Positions 45,199 through 54,559 of a stretch of 64,000 nucleotides of DNA are shown here, piece after piece (the first letter of the stretch is position 1; each line of letters opens with the position of its first letter). The stretch spans positions 11,506-75,505 of the IMG/VR virus record IMGVR_UViG_3300036791_001355. One strand, 5' to 3'. The notes under the pieces are model-generated. The model had not been told where the DNA came from and did no database searches. It saw nothing but the letters and a program-made list of their open reading frames with translations. The DNA comes from a virus. The position numbers and the translations under genes are program-made.

Positions 45199-46805
45199 TG
45201 CCTCTGCTCCTTCAGGTGCTTGACCTCGTATTCCAGGGTGGCTACCCGCGTTGCCAGTTCCTTGCAGGCATTGACCAGCGCCCACAGCACGGGCGGCTCT
45301 TCGATGCCGAGCATGCCGGGCAGGCGCTTGGTGGCGACTTCCTGCTGCATGCGGGCGGCGATTTCAACCACCGCCTCGGGCAAGATATCGCGGGTCTTCT
45401 GGGCGCTGACACCGTAATAGACGGTGCCGTCGTCCACGGTGTCGCCCTCGCCGTTGTATTGAAACGAGACCGGTTCCAGGCTGATGATTTCATTGAGGCC
45501 GCGCTGATAGGGGCGCACGGCGCGTTTGGCCCGGTCGTCGCAGATATTGGGCGCCCAGATCGAACTATAGGCAGAAACATTGCCACTATAGTCGCATTGG
45601 AACAGATGGGCGCCGTCCGGGCGCTGGTAGGTCATGGTGCCGTACCAGCCGGCCGTCTGCAGCCACTTGAGCGCGAAGCCGTTGCCGGGTTGGTTGCACC
45701 AGTAAACCAATCGCGACAGTTGCTGGTCGACCGCCAGCCCGAACCAGCCGCCGCTCAGACCATAGCCGCCGACCCCGAGTTCGCCATTGCACATCATGTT
45801 GCTGTTGGCGTTGACATCGTGGTCGGCATTGACGTCGCCGCGCGAGTGGACGTACCCGGCGTTGACGGTGCCGCCCGCGTTCACGTCGCTGTTGGCATTG
45901 ACGAAATTGCTGGAATAGACCGCTCCCGCCGCGTGCAGGTCGTAGCCGCTGACATTGCCGCCGACCGCCACCGTGCCGCCGGTATAGGTGCCCGCCGCGT
46001 TGATGTTGCCGTTGGAATAGACGTAGGCGGAGCCGACCCAGCCACCCGCCCACACCGTGCCATTGACGCTGACGTTGCCGCCCGTGAAGGTGTTGCCGGC
46101 GTTGACGTTGCCGGATGACGACAGATAGCCCGCCGTGATGTTCTGGGTGGTGCTGAGATTGCCGCCGCAATAGATGCCCGCCCCCGAGCCGTCGATGGTG
46201 ACGGCGCCGGTCGAGAGATTCCAGGCAAACGGACGCAGCGCGGTCCACGAGCCGTTGGCGTCGTTGGCGTTGGTCTGCAGCCAGTAGGCGTTGGCGCCGT
46301 CGTTGCGCAGCATCACGCCGTAGGCGCCGCCGATGGCACGGAACTGCCCGTAGGGGTCCATGCCGCGCGAGATGAAGCCGGTTGAGGAGCGGACCTGATT
46401 GGTGGTGTCGATGTAGTTGGTCGTTTGCAACCAGCCCTGCACCGTGGTGTTGGCGAACACCGGCGCGATGCTGGCGTCGGTCATGTGCGGGATCTGCACC
46501 ATGGCCGACATCTGGCCGCTGGTGGGACCGTTCCAGGCATAGTCGCCGATCACCCAGGACTGCGCCGTGGTGCCTTCCTGGCCGCGCAGCACGGTCAGCA
46601 CGTCACCGGTCCGGGCGGTGCAGTAGCACACCTCGTAATTGACGCGGGTGGCGAGGTCGTTAAGCGTCAGCGCGAACTGCTGGTTCGCCGCCGGGATGGG
46701 AAAGGCGGCGCCGCCGCCCGCCGCCAGGGTGATGACGGTGGCGCCGGGACCAATCGCCTGCCCCAGGCTGGAGCGTGCATTGTCGGAGAAGACAAAGGCC
46801 GCCAT
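45195..46805 (-). CDS. main tail fibre (baseplate anchor, beta-repeats, S74-like chaperone)
   Basis: N-terminal NARSSL...EVCYCTARTGDVLTVLRGQEGT; RNDG...LRPF domain; C-terminal DDRAK...GVSAQ..PEAV. Confidence 0.8.
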   Translation of the reverse strand: MAAFVFSDNARSSLGQAIGPGATVITLAAGGGAAFPIPAANQQFALTLNDLATRVNYEVCYCTARTGDVLTVLRGQEGTTAQSWVIGDYAWNGPTSGQMSAMVQIPHMTDASIAPVFANTTVQGWLQTTNYIDTTNQVRSSTGFISRGMDPYGQFRAIGGAYGVMLRNDGANAYWLQTNANDANGSWTALRPFAWNLSTGAVTIDGSGAGIYCGGNLSTTQNITAGYLSSSGNVNAGNTFTGGNVSVNGTVWAGGWVGSAYVYSNGNINAAGTYTGGTVAVGGNVSGYDLHAAGAVYSSNFVNANSDVNAGGTVNAGYVHSRGDVNADHDVNANSNMMCNGELGVGGYGLSGGWFGLAVDQQLSRLVYWCNQPGNGFALKWLQTAGWYGTMTYQRPDGAHLFQCDYSGNVSAYSSIWAPNICDDRAKRAVRPYQRGLNEIISLEPVSFQYNGEGDTVDDGTVYYGVSAQKTRDILPEAVVEIAARMQQEVATKRLPGMLGIEEPPVLWALVNACKELATRVATLEYEVKHLKEQRQ

Positions 46806-46815
46806 GCAACGTCTC

Positions 46816-48051
46816 CTAGGGGGTGTGAGCGATGATGGTGCCCGCGCCCGCGATGGTCACCGTGGCATAGAGCGGCCCGGCCCCTCTGGCCCGTATGCTG
46901 CCGCTGCCCGACAGGGTCAGCCCGGCCTGAATCTGCGCCCCGGGTGCCACCACCACGAAGCCCTCGCCGGGCAGGCTGACGGCATTGGTGGCGAACTCGA
47001 TGGTGTTGACCATGAGGCTGCCGACGCCACCGATGGCGGCACTGCCCTGGCGGCCGATCATGACGGCGCCGACGCCCGCGATGATCGCGTTGGCCTGCCG
47101 CGTGATGACGCCGGCACTGACCAGCACGCTGCCGCTGCCGCCGAGGCTCGCGTACGCCACGCGCTGCACGTAGACGCCGTAGTAGTCCCACACCGCCTGA
47201 TCCCAGGAGAACTGATCCCAGGTGGTAAAGACAGGCTCCAGCAGCGTCACCGAGGCGGTGGCAGGGATGGTGGCCGGGTTGTTGCCAAAGTCCGCGCCCG
47301 CCACCACCGACACGCTGGCGGTGCCCTGGACGGTCGCCAGTTGCGGCACGAACCTGATGGTGTTGGTGGCGATATGCACCCCAGCCGTGCCTGCCAGCAG
47401 GATGATCGGCTCGATGCGGACGGTGAAGGAATACTGCACCGGCAGCCCGAGCACGCCGTCGAACACCGCGTACTGGAGAATGCGAGCGATGACGGAATCG
47501 GCGACGTCGATGGTGACGGCGGTGCCCTGGCAGGTGATGGAAACGTCGGCGGTGTTGTCGTTGACGGCGAGATAGCCGTTGCGGCCATGCAGGAAGCGGT
47601 GCACCCGCTGTTTCAACCACCTTGTGGTGTACTGCCAGCCGTCGCCCTTGTAGGTGTGCCACGTGAGGATGCGCTTGAACTGATCGTCGTTGAGAACGAC
47701 GTAAGCGGCGCCCGGGGGGCCGACCATCAGGCCCTGGTCGTAGGCCAGCACGCGGTACTCGACGGTGTTGTACGGCCCGGCATCGCCGGTCGCGGGGGCG
47801 ATGATGGAGAGGATGGGGCGGATGATGCCGTAGAGCCCGTGCGCCACCCAGTCTAAGAGATCGCCGGTCAGCAGTGAGTAGACCGGCAGATTCAGGGCGT
47901 TGAGGTCATCGACCCATTTCTGGCCCTGATAGTTCTGAGCCGCAACGAAAGTCTGCAACGTGTCGTCATCGCTGTACTGCTGATAGAGGTACGACTTGAC
48001 CACCGTGGCCAGCGAAACGGGGCCAACCGGCGGAAACTGCGCCCCTGCCAC
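46816..48051 (-). CDS. baseplate wedge protein (DUF2612-like) with C-terminal extension
   Basis: SYLYQQYSDDD...LLDWVAHGLYG..RP...DDQFKRILTW..YKGDG; follows baseplate J. Confidence 0.75.
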   Translation of the reverse strand: MAGAQFPPVGPVSLATVVKSYLYQQYSDDDTLQTFVAAQNYQGQKWVDDLNALNLPVYSLLTGDLLDWVAHGLYGIIRPILSIIAPATGDAGPYNTVEYRVLAYDQGLMVGPPGAAYVVLNDDQFKRILTWHTYKGDGWQYTTRWLKQRVHRFLHGRNGYLAVNDNTADVSITCQGTAVTIDVADSVIARILQYAVFDGVLGLPVQYSFTVRIEPIILLAGTAGVHIATNTIRFVPQLATVQGTASVSVVAGADFGNNPATIPATASVTLLEPVFTTWDQFSWDQAVWDYYGVYVQRVAYASLGGSGSVLVSAGVITRQANAIIAGVGAVMIGRQGSAAIGGVGSLMVNTIEFATNAVSLPGEGFVVVAPGAQIQAGLTLSGSGSIRARGAGPLYATVTIAGAGTIIAHTP

Positions 48052-48052
48052 T

Positions 48053-49540
48053 TCATGGCCCCTGCGTCACTGTCACTTGCGCCGGCGCGGTCTGAAAATA
48101 GCCATTGGGATCTCCCATGATGGTCATCAGACCAGCGGGCGGGCTGACGGCAAGATTGTCGATGGTGACGATCCAACTCATGCCGGAAATCTGGTTCAGG
48201 CTGATGAGCGTCTCCATGGCATCCTGAGCCTGCTCCTGCGCGGCCAGCAGGTTGAGCGGATTGCCGGCGGGGATTTCGTTGACGTAGGTGACGATGGCGG
48301 TCTGGGCCAGCTGGTTCAGTACCTGCGCCGAGGGCACCGTGACGGTGGCCTCCCACTTCATGACGATGCTCACCTGTTGCACCGGCGGGGTGACAAAAGG
48401 GATGAAGTAGGTATCCGGAAAATCGCTGACGGGGACGGAGTTGTTGCGCAGATTGGGTGCTGCCACACCGCCGCCGGTATAGGCGGGCCACGTGGTGGTG
48501 TTGACGCCGATGGTGAAGTTCCACGGGTCAACCACGGTCACCGTATAGGAGCCGGTGTTTAGGTTGACCATGCCCAGGACACCGGAGAACGTCACCACCT
48601 GCCCGCTGGCGTAGAGATGCTTCAGCCCGGTGGTGATGCGGCCGGGATTGGCCTGCGTCGCCGCCGTCAGGTTCAGCACCGAGCCGGTCAGCACGCAGGG
48701 CACCGGCATGGAACGGTAAATGGCGCCCGCCACGGCGTAGGGGTCAGGATTGGAGCCGCCGCAGATCACCATCCACTGGTTGGGCGGCACCGCCACCACC
48801 GAGGTCTGCTGCGGCGACACGCCGGGAATCTTCTCCAGCTGGGTCTTGAGGAAAGCGGGCGTGCCCTGGCAGGTGGCGACCGAGGCCTGCAGCACGCGCA
48901 GGCGGTATTGCTGCTCGGTCTCGACGGTCTGCCCGCCCGAGCCCTGCAGCGGGTTCTGCACCGCCAGCCCAACGGTGAGCGGCACGCTGGTGAGGATCTG
49001 CGTCACCGTCCCGGCGGGCACGGCGAACGAGCCGGCCGTGCTGGCCACCGCCGTCAGCGGGATCGACTGCCCGTTCTGGCCGATGATGCCGCCGTCCTGC
49101 ACGATGTAGGTATTGGTGCCGTCGCCGATGAGGAACCCGGCCTGGATCAGATAGCCGACGGTGCCCGAGAAAATCACCTGCACGGATACATTCGTCGTGG
49201 TTCCGAACGGGATGCCGAACAGCTGGCCCAGCTGCGCCATGATGAAGGCGTTGGCGCCGTACGGGGTCAGGCTGTTGATCAGTTCGACGCGGGCCTGATC
49301 GCACAGCACCACCGCGCCGACATCGGTCGAGGAAATGTCCTCGATCAGCGAGCCCGGCAGGGTGGCGGTATAGCCCGGCAGCGGCGGCATCACCTGATTG
49401 CCGCCCGCGTCGGTGCCGTAGGTGACGAGATTGATCAGCTGCGTACGCAACGAGGCCGGGGTCTGCGGCAGCGTGCCCGCCCGCGTCATGACGACGGGGT
49501 AGTAGAAGGCGTCCTCGACCGGTTCGGGCGGGGTCGGCAT
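48053..49540 (-). CDS. baseplate J-like protein
   Basis: PGYTATLPGSLIEDISST, ETEQQYRLRVLQA, DPYAVAGAIY. Confidence 0.85.
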   Translation of the reverse strand: MPTPPEPVEDAFYYPVVMTRAGTLPQTPASLRTQLINLVTYGTDAGGNQVMPPLPGYTATLPGSLIEDISSTDVGAVVLCDQARVELINSLTPYGANAFIMAQLGQLFGIPFGTTTNVSVQVIFSGTVGYLIQAGFLIGDGTNTYIVQDGGIIGQNGQSIPLTAVASTAGSFAVPAGTVTQILTSVPLTVGLAVQNPLQGSGGQTVETEQQYRLRVLQASVATCQGTPAFLKTQLEKIPGVSPQQTSVVAVPPNQWMVICGGSNPDPYAVAGAIYRSMPVPCVLTGSVLNLTAATQANPGRITTGLKHLYASGQVVTFSGVLGMVNLNTGSYTVTVVDPWNFTIGVNTTTWPAYTGGGVAAPNLRNNSVPVSDFPDTYFIPFVTPPVQQVSIVMKWEATVTVPSAQVLNQLAQTAIVTYVNEIPAGNPLNLLAAQEQAQDAMETLISLNQISGMSWIVTIDNLAVSPPAGLMTIMGDPNGYFQTAPAQVTVTQGP

Positions 49541-49554
49541 CGCTCAGCTGCCGC

Positions 49555-49770
49555 TCAGCGTACGATACGGCCGCGCAGGATCTGGTCGGCGCAGTGGCGC
49601 ATGGCCACGGCATCACCCCGGCGGCAGGCGTCCATGTACTTGCTCTGGGCGTCAATCCCAGTGAAAGTGCCCTTGTTCTTCCCGGCGTACAGAATGCTAG
49701 CGCCTTTTTCCTTGCCATACTCCTTCTGGAGCGCAGCTTTGATCGTCTGTCCTTTGTGCGTCAGAGGCAT
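49555..49770 (-). CDS. small conserved phage protein
   Basis: MPLTHKGQTIKAALQKEYGKEKGASILYAGKNKGTFTGID. Confidence 0.7.
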   Translation of the reverse strand: MPLTHKGQTIKAALQKEYGKEKGASILYAGKNKGTFTGIDAQSKYMDACRRGDAVAMRHCADQILRGRIVR

Positions 49771-50242
49771 GAGTTCCCCTCCGATTGAGTCTTGGCATAG
49801 CTTCAAAAAAGCACTCGTTCTCTGCAAAGTCCGCATCGGTCATGCGCGTCACGAGACGCCCGCTGATGGGACTATGGGTAGGTTCACGAAGCGGCACGGA
49901 CAGCGCAAGATCAGCCTGTCGTCGTTTCACGATAAGGTAAGGCAGGGCAGATTCGATGACCCATTTAGCGTGCGCTGCTGCGATGGACCATAAATACGTT
50001 GGTTTGCGGCCACGCTTTTCCGTGCTGCGCTGGGAATAGAAGTACAGGCCTCCGCCAAACTTAGTACACAACCATTGAATCAATAACCGGCTTGTATTGC
50101 TTACTTGCAAAGTGACGATGAGATATCTGCGCCCGTGTCTTTTTCGGCCGCCGAACCCGATACACCCCTCGCCGTCGATGATCCCAGCAAGATAAGCTTT
50201 CTCGCATTCCGTCAGAGACGGATATAATTTGCGCGTAGCCAT
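49697..50242 (-). CDS. LAGLIDADG homing endonuclease (single motif, free-standing)
   Basis: AYLAGIIDGEGCI, LQVSNT, FGG, LPYLIVKRRQA; lower GC than neighbours. Confidence 0.88.
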   Translation of the reverse strand: MATRKLYPSLTECEKAYLAGIIDGEGCIGFGGRKRHGRRYLIVTLQVSNTSRLLIQWLCTKFGGGLYFYSQRSTEKRGRKPTYLWSIAAAHAKWVIESALPYLIVKRRQADLALSVPLREPTHSPISGRLVTRMTDADFAENECFFEAMPRLNRRGTHASDAQRTDDQSCAPEGVWQGKRR

Positions 50243-50272
50243 TGAACGAGGTTCCCTCTCGATTGGTGGTTA

Positions 50273-50307
50273 GGAGCGTCACCGCATTTGCCGTGCCGTG
50301 ACGCTCC
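50273..50307. promoter_or_regulatory. hairpin upstream of the LAGLIDADG gene
   Basis: GGAGCGTCAC...GTGACGCTCC 10-bp stem next to an AT-rich stretch. Confidence 0.55.
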
Positions 50308-50324
50308 GTATTTTAAGACATTGT

Positions 50325-50690
50325 TTATCCAAACCCCACCAATAGAGTTGCGGTCGTACCGGTGGCGCGGACGTAGCTGGCGCACACCGGCAGCAAGGTG
50401 CCCGCCGCCACGGTGGAGAACACCACCGGAGTGCCGGCGGGATCGTCGGCCGCCGCGATCACCGCCACGTTGCCTGCGCCACCGACCCAGATGCCGCTGA
50501 CGCGGCGGGCCAGCGGTGTGGCGTCGGACGGCGTGATGACGAAGCAGTGCACGGCAGGCCCGTAGGGCGGCGTAATTGGCCCTGTGGGGGCGGCCAGCAG
50601 AGAGGGTGATGGTGGGGGCGGGGCGGGCGGTGGCGGCTCCTGGCGGCCGTTGCGGTGGGTGTTGTGGCTGTTATTCGTTCTCTGGGACAT
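50325..50690 (-). CDS. small virion protein (spike-base/decoration-like)
   Basis: ITPSD......IWVGGAGNVAV....GTLLPV...VRATGTTAT; AAGGA RBS. Confidence 0.6.
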   Translation of the reverse strand: MSQRTNNSHNTHRNGRQEPPPPAPPPPSPSLLAAPTGPITPPYGPAVHCFVITPSDATPLARRVSGIWVGGAGNVAVIAAADDPAGTPVVFSTVAAGTLLPVCASYVRATGTTATLLVGFG

Positions 50691-50700
50691 GCTCGTCCTT

Positions 50701-51075
50701 TCAGGGGCAAACTTGCACCGTGCCGGCGTTGTTCCACAGCGTGCCAGTGACGAGCCCGGTGCAGGCGGTGGGCAGCTTGGTGGGGGCGGACATGACGTAG
50801 GCCGACAGCTGCTGCAGGTTGACCTGTCCCAACGCATTGGGAAACATCGACGGCCGCCACAGCAGCAGCAGGTCCGAGCCCGAGGCCGACGCAAAGGCGG
50901 GCTGGCAGCCGATGGAACCGACCGGCGCGCCGACCGGATTGCAGGCGCCCTGGGCTTTGCCCGGACGCGGCGTTAGCACCAGCGTCACGACCAGGGCCAG
51001 CGCCAGCACCACTATCGTCAGCGCCGCCCACGCCACAGCTTTGAGCGACAGGTTAGACGGCAACAAATTTCCCAC
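50701..51075 (-). CDS. hypothetical protein with N-terminal TM
   Basis: hydrophobic N-terminus; LPT...GTLWNNAG tail. Confidence 0.55.
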   Translation of the reverse strand: MGNLLPSNLSLKAVAWAALTIVVLALALVVTLVLTPRPGKAQGACNPVGAPVGSIGCQPAFASASGSDLLLLWRPSMFPNALGQVNLQQLSAYVMSAPTKLPTACTGLVTGTLWNNAGTVQVCP

Positions 51076-51565
51076 TCTTCACCCCCACGCTGACGGCATA
51101 GCCGTGGCCGTCCAGCACCGCCTGTCCGAAGCCGTCCACCAGCGCCTGCGGCACCACCTGGGTGGAAATCTGCGCCCCGGTGTGGAACTGCACGTTGAGC
51201 TGATAGGTCGGCACCACGGTGGCCCAGTAGTTGGAATTATCGACCGGCATCTTGTTGATGATGAGCGACAGGAAATAGGGGCTGAAGCGCTGTTGCATCA
51301 ACGTCATGTAGTAGTCGGGGAAAACTTGGCTGACCACCGACTGCCGCGCGGCGATGCCCCAGTTGGCATAGAACGGACTTTCATTCCAATTCAATTTGCA
51401 ACATTGAATCAGCGTGGTCAGATAGATGGAATCGTTCCAGCCGCCGCTATCGGGATTGACCTGGACCCAGAATTTCGCCCCCGAGGCGGTGTCGATGACG
51501 CGCCCATAGGTGCGCATACCCTGCCCGGCATAGGGGGCAACGGCAGCGGGCGGCAGCAGTGCCAT
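51053..51565 (-). CDS. baseplate protein (gp25-like position)
   Basis: MRTYGR...LIQCCKLNWNESPFYANWGI.A.QSV..Q.FPDYY; start may be 51517. Confidence 0.7.
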   Translation of the reverse strand: MALLPPAAVAPYAGQGMRTYGRVIDTASGAKFWVQVNPDSGGWNDSIYLTTLIQCCKLNWNESPFYANWGIAARQSVVSQVFPDYYMTLMQQRFSPYFLSLIINKMPVDNSNYWATVVPTYQLNVQFHTGAQISTQVVPQALVDGFGQAVLDGHGYAVSVGVKSGKFVAV

Positions 51566-51567
51566 GG

Positions 51568-52230
51568 CTAGGTGCCGGTGACCGGCTTGTCGGTGTTGGC
51601 ACCGCCGCGTGTCACCCCGCTGTGGGCATGGGTGGTGAGGTGAATCTGGGTCGCGCCCGCCATCACCTCGCCATTGACGGTCAGTGAGCCGGTCATGGTG
51701 ACATTGCCGTTCTGAATCGTCAGCGCGGTGCCGCCGAGGTCGATGACCATGCCCGAAGCGGTGATGTTCATGGTCACCCCGCCGCTGCCCCTGGCGGCGG
51801 TAGCAGACTGGATGGTGACGCCCGCCGGGCCGTAGAGCACCAGCTTGTTGGAGACCACCGGGAACCAGTTCTTGTTGCCCACCGGCATGAACACCAGGGC
51901 GCCCAGGTTGGGCGGCTCACGCCAGTCCGCCGTGCCGGTGCCGAGACCGCTCATCTGGCCGATGAAGACATCGGCGGACAGCGCGATGCCCTTGTCGCCG
52001 ACCTGAATCGGGTAGCGGATATATTCCGGCCCGAACACCGGCATGGTGACGTGCGGCAGGGTCTGCGGGTCAGCCTTCATCTCGAACTTGACGGTGACGA
52101 TGGAGCCGTTGACCGCCACCACCGAGCAGGGCAGCACCTTGCCAAGGCGCTGCACCCGGCTCTGGGCCGCCTGCCTGCCCGCCATGCCGATGGACTGCGC
52201 CAGCGGCAGCTTCTGTGCATTGGTGGCCAT
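51568..52230 (-). CDS. baseplate central spike protein
   Basis: LPCSVVAV, PIQVGDKG, C-terminal THAHSGV (HxH iron-binding tip). Confidence 0.85.
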   Translation of the reverse strand: MATNAQKLPLAQSIGMAGRQAAQSRVQRLGKVLPCSVVAVNGSIVTVKFEMKADPQTLPHVTMPVFGPEYIRYPIQVGDKGIALSADVFIGQMSGLGTGTADWREPPNLGALVFMPVGNKNWFPVVSNKLVLYGPAGVTIQSATAARGSGGVTMNITASGMVIDLGGTALTIQNGNVTMTGSLTVNGEVMAGATQIHLTTHAHSGVTRGGANTDKPVTGT

Positions 52231-52233
52231 GGC

Positions 52234-53484
52234 TTAACTCGTGGCCGGCAAGGCCGGTGGCGTTTGCGCGATGGGCTGGCCGCCTTTGCCGAGTTGAAAT
52301 GCCCAGATGGTGGTGTTCCAACTGGCAGCGTCGGGCTGGCGGTAATTGCCCCAGTGCTGGATCTGCTGGATCTGGAAGATCTGGTTACCAAAGGCCAGCG
52401 AATCGGCCAGCCGCCCGGTGCCGCCCTGGGCCGGGAACGAGCCCGCCGTGACTTGCGAGATCAGCCCCTCGGGAAACCTGATGATATCGCTGACATCGAG
52501 ATCGCCGCGCATCACCAGCTTGGCCTGGATCGAGCCGTAGCCGATCCACGTCACCTGTCCCATCAGATCGTCGAACTTGATCTTCTTGGGGTCCGGCACC
52601 GGTCCCGCCGGTTGCGGTCCCGCCCCCGTCGTCAGTTCCGAACCGGTAACGCCAGCGCCGGGCGCCGCCGCCTCAATCGGCCCGCCAGGAATCGGTGGTC
52701 CGATTAACGGTGCAAGGTTGGGGTCTCTCTCCATCACATGCACACGCTTGCGACTGATCACCACGGCGACGCCTTGATCGGTATCGCCCAGCTGCCCCTG
52801 CGTGGTTCTCTGTACCCAGCCTGCGAAGTCCTCCAGCGAGCCATAGGTGCCGGAATAATCCTGCGGCGCCACCCGCGCTTGGCTCAGCGAAAGGTTGACG
52901 TCGAGATTGTTCATCTGCTTGAGCACCCGGTTGCAGAGCGCGGACAGCTGCTCTCCCTTGGCCCAGGTGAAGGAGTAATTGACCGGCGCGGCGGTCGAAC
53001 CGGTGCCGCCCGTGCCGCCGTTGGCCAGGATGAGATCGAGCGTCATGTCGGTGCCGACCCAGTTGCCGAAGGCCTGATAGATGAGGCCCTCGGCCAGGAC
53101 GCCCTGCTGATCGACCTTGGCCAGCGGGTAGCCCTTGGCCATGCCGCCCTCGACCTTGATGCGCTTGGCCGTCTTCATGTCGCTCGGATCGGTATAGTTC
53201 AGATTGAGCGCCGAGGAGATGTCCCGCAGTCCCAGACCCCAGATGCGAACGTAGGATTTGACATCCCCCACCTGATGCAACTGATACGATGCTATATCAA
53301 GTTCGATGTTCAGCGCGGCGGGGTTCGTCATCCCGTTGCTCATCAGTGACGTAATCACGCCGGGCTGTGACTGGGCGCCCGAGCCGATGCCCGCGCCGGG
53401 GCCGCCCAACGGGCCGCTGCCAAAGCTGTTGAGCTGAATCGGCTTGCCTTCGGAGTCGGTGATGGTGATGCGATAAAAGCGCAT
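52234..53484 (-). CDS. baseplate hub protein
   Basis: GGMAKGYPLA, QAFGNW.G, DLMGQ.TW, HWGNYRQPDAASW.T; position. Confidence 0.75.
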   Translation of the reverse strand: MRFYRITITDSEGKPIQLNSFGSGPLGGPGAGIGSGAQSQPGVITSLMSNGMTNPAALNIELDIASYQLHQVGDVKSYVRIWGLGLRDISSALNLNYTDPSDMKTAKRIKVEGGMAKGYPLAKVDQQGVLAEGLIYQAFGNWVGTDMTLDLILANGGTGGTGSTAAPVNYSFTWAKGEQLSALCNRVLKQMNNLDVNLSLSQARVAPQDYSGTYGSLEDFAGWVQRTTQGQLGDTDQGVAVVISRKRVHVMERDPNLAPLIGPPIPGGPIEAAAPGAGVTGSELTTGAGPQPAGPVPDPKKIKFDDLMGQVTWIGYGSIQAKLVMRGDLDVSDIIRFPEGLISQVTAGSFPAQGGTGRLADSLAFGNQIFQIQQIQHWGNYRQPDAASWNTTIWAFQLGKGGQPIAQTPPALPATS

Positions 53485-53756
53485 TACGGAGTCTGCTCGA
53501 ACTGCTGGGTATCGGTGCGAAACACCAGCGTCGATTGCTGGAAGTAAGGCCCGACCAGATTGATGTCGCCCTCGGCTGGGGAGCCGATGACAGGAACGCT
53601 GAACATCAGCACATTGTTGGTGGCGACGCAGTTAAGAAACCAGCGCTGGCCGAACAGGTTCCACATCACGACCATCTGGTAGACGGTGCCGTCCAGGGTG
53701 GCACTGAAGGCAAAGGTCTCCCTCGGCGAGGGCTGGAACTGGGTGTAGGTGGTCAC
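53484..53756 (-). CDS. small baseplate protein
   Basis: F.ATLDG..Y....WNLFGQRW...INLVG.YF. Confidence 0.7.
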   Translation of the reverse strand: MTTYTQFQPSPRETFAFSATLDGTVYQMVVMWNLFGQRWFLNCVATNNVLMFSVPVIGSPAEGDINLVGPYFQQSTLVFRTDTQQFEQTP

Positions 53757-53779
53757 TTCGCTAGCCTCCGCTCCCGAGG

Positions 53780-54559
53780 TTATGGCTTCAGAAATCCGCC
53801 GAATGTGCCGACGATATTGCTCAGCGTGCTGGCGCCCGCGACCGGCGGCAACGGCTCTGCTGTCACACCGCCCGGGCCGAGGCCAGTGACATTTGGCAGC
53901 GTCTGGCCGATGTTGATGTCAGGCGTTGACATCGAGGAGCTATTGATCTGCAGGCCGGCGGTGACTTTACTGTAGAAGCTGTTCTGCACCGCGTCCGCCT
54001 CTTCCTGGGTCAACAGCGGCTGCTGAAAATCCAGCTGCCACGTATGTTGCACCTGATTCGACTCGCCGCCGGAAATGTCGCGCATCGCCGTCATGATGCA
54101 GTTCAGATAAAGATAGCTCGGCGTGGCGATGGTGTAGGTGCCACCCTGCGCATTGTGCTGGAAAAGTACCGACTGCATCGTCATCATGGTGGCGAGCTTG
54201 GCGGCATAGCCCAGCCGGTCGCGCACCGGGCAGATCATCTTCAGGCTGATTTCCAGCGGCTGGCAGATCAGCGCGTTGGCCGCCACCCGCTGATTGGCGA
54301 AGGGATACTGGGCGATCTGGTTGTTGATCAGCGTGGCGCCGCCGATGGGGGCGAAGTGAGCGAAGAAGTCGTCCAGTTCGACGTTCTCTCCGCCCGAGGC
54401 GAGGCTGGTGACGAGATGCAGCGGCTCGGTCAGGAAAATCAGCGGAAACATGCCGCCGCCAATCCAGTTCACCAGCGAGGACGAGCCGGTGAGGAAGATC
54501 GGCGACAGCTGGAAGGCCAGCTTGAAGGCATAGCCGAGCGGGGGGAGCGAACCGGACAT
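53780..54559 (-). CDS. tail tube initiator-like baseplate protein
   Basis: start MSGSLPP by TGATG coupling; YPFANQ.VAANA, HN..GGTY...TPS, WQLDFQQPL. Confidence 0.7.
   Translation of the reverse strand: MSGSLPPLGYAFKLAFQLSPIFLTGSSSLVNWIGGGMFPLIFLTEPLHLVTSLASGGENVELDDFFAHFAPIGGATLINNQIAQYPFANQRVAANALICQPLEISLKMICPVRDRLGYAAKLATMMTMQSVLFQHNAQGGTYTIATPSYLYLNCIMTAMRDISGGESNQVQHTWQLDFQQPLLTQEEADAVQNSFYSKVTAGLQINSSSMSTPDINIGQTLPNVTGLGPGGVTAEPLPPVAGASTLSNIVGTFGGFLKP

Noticed and set aside
36031-46805. Diversity-generating retroelement or shufflon acting on the fibre genes
   Set aside because: No reverse transcriptase or invertase, no adenine-specific TR/VR pair seen, and all genes are co-oriented with their own starts.
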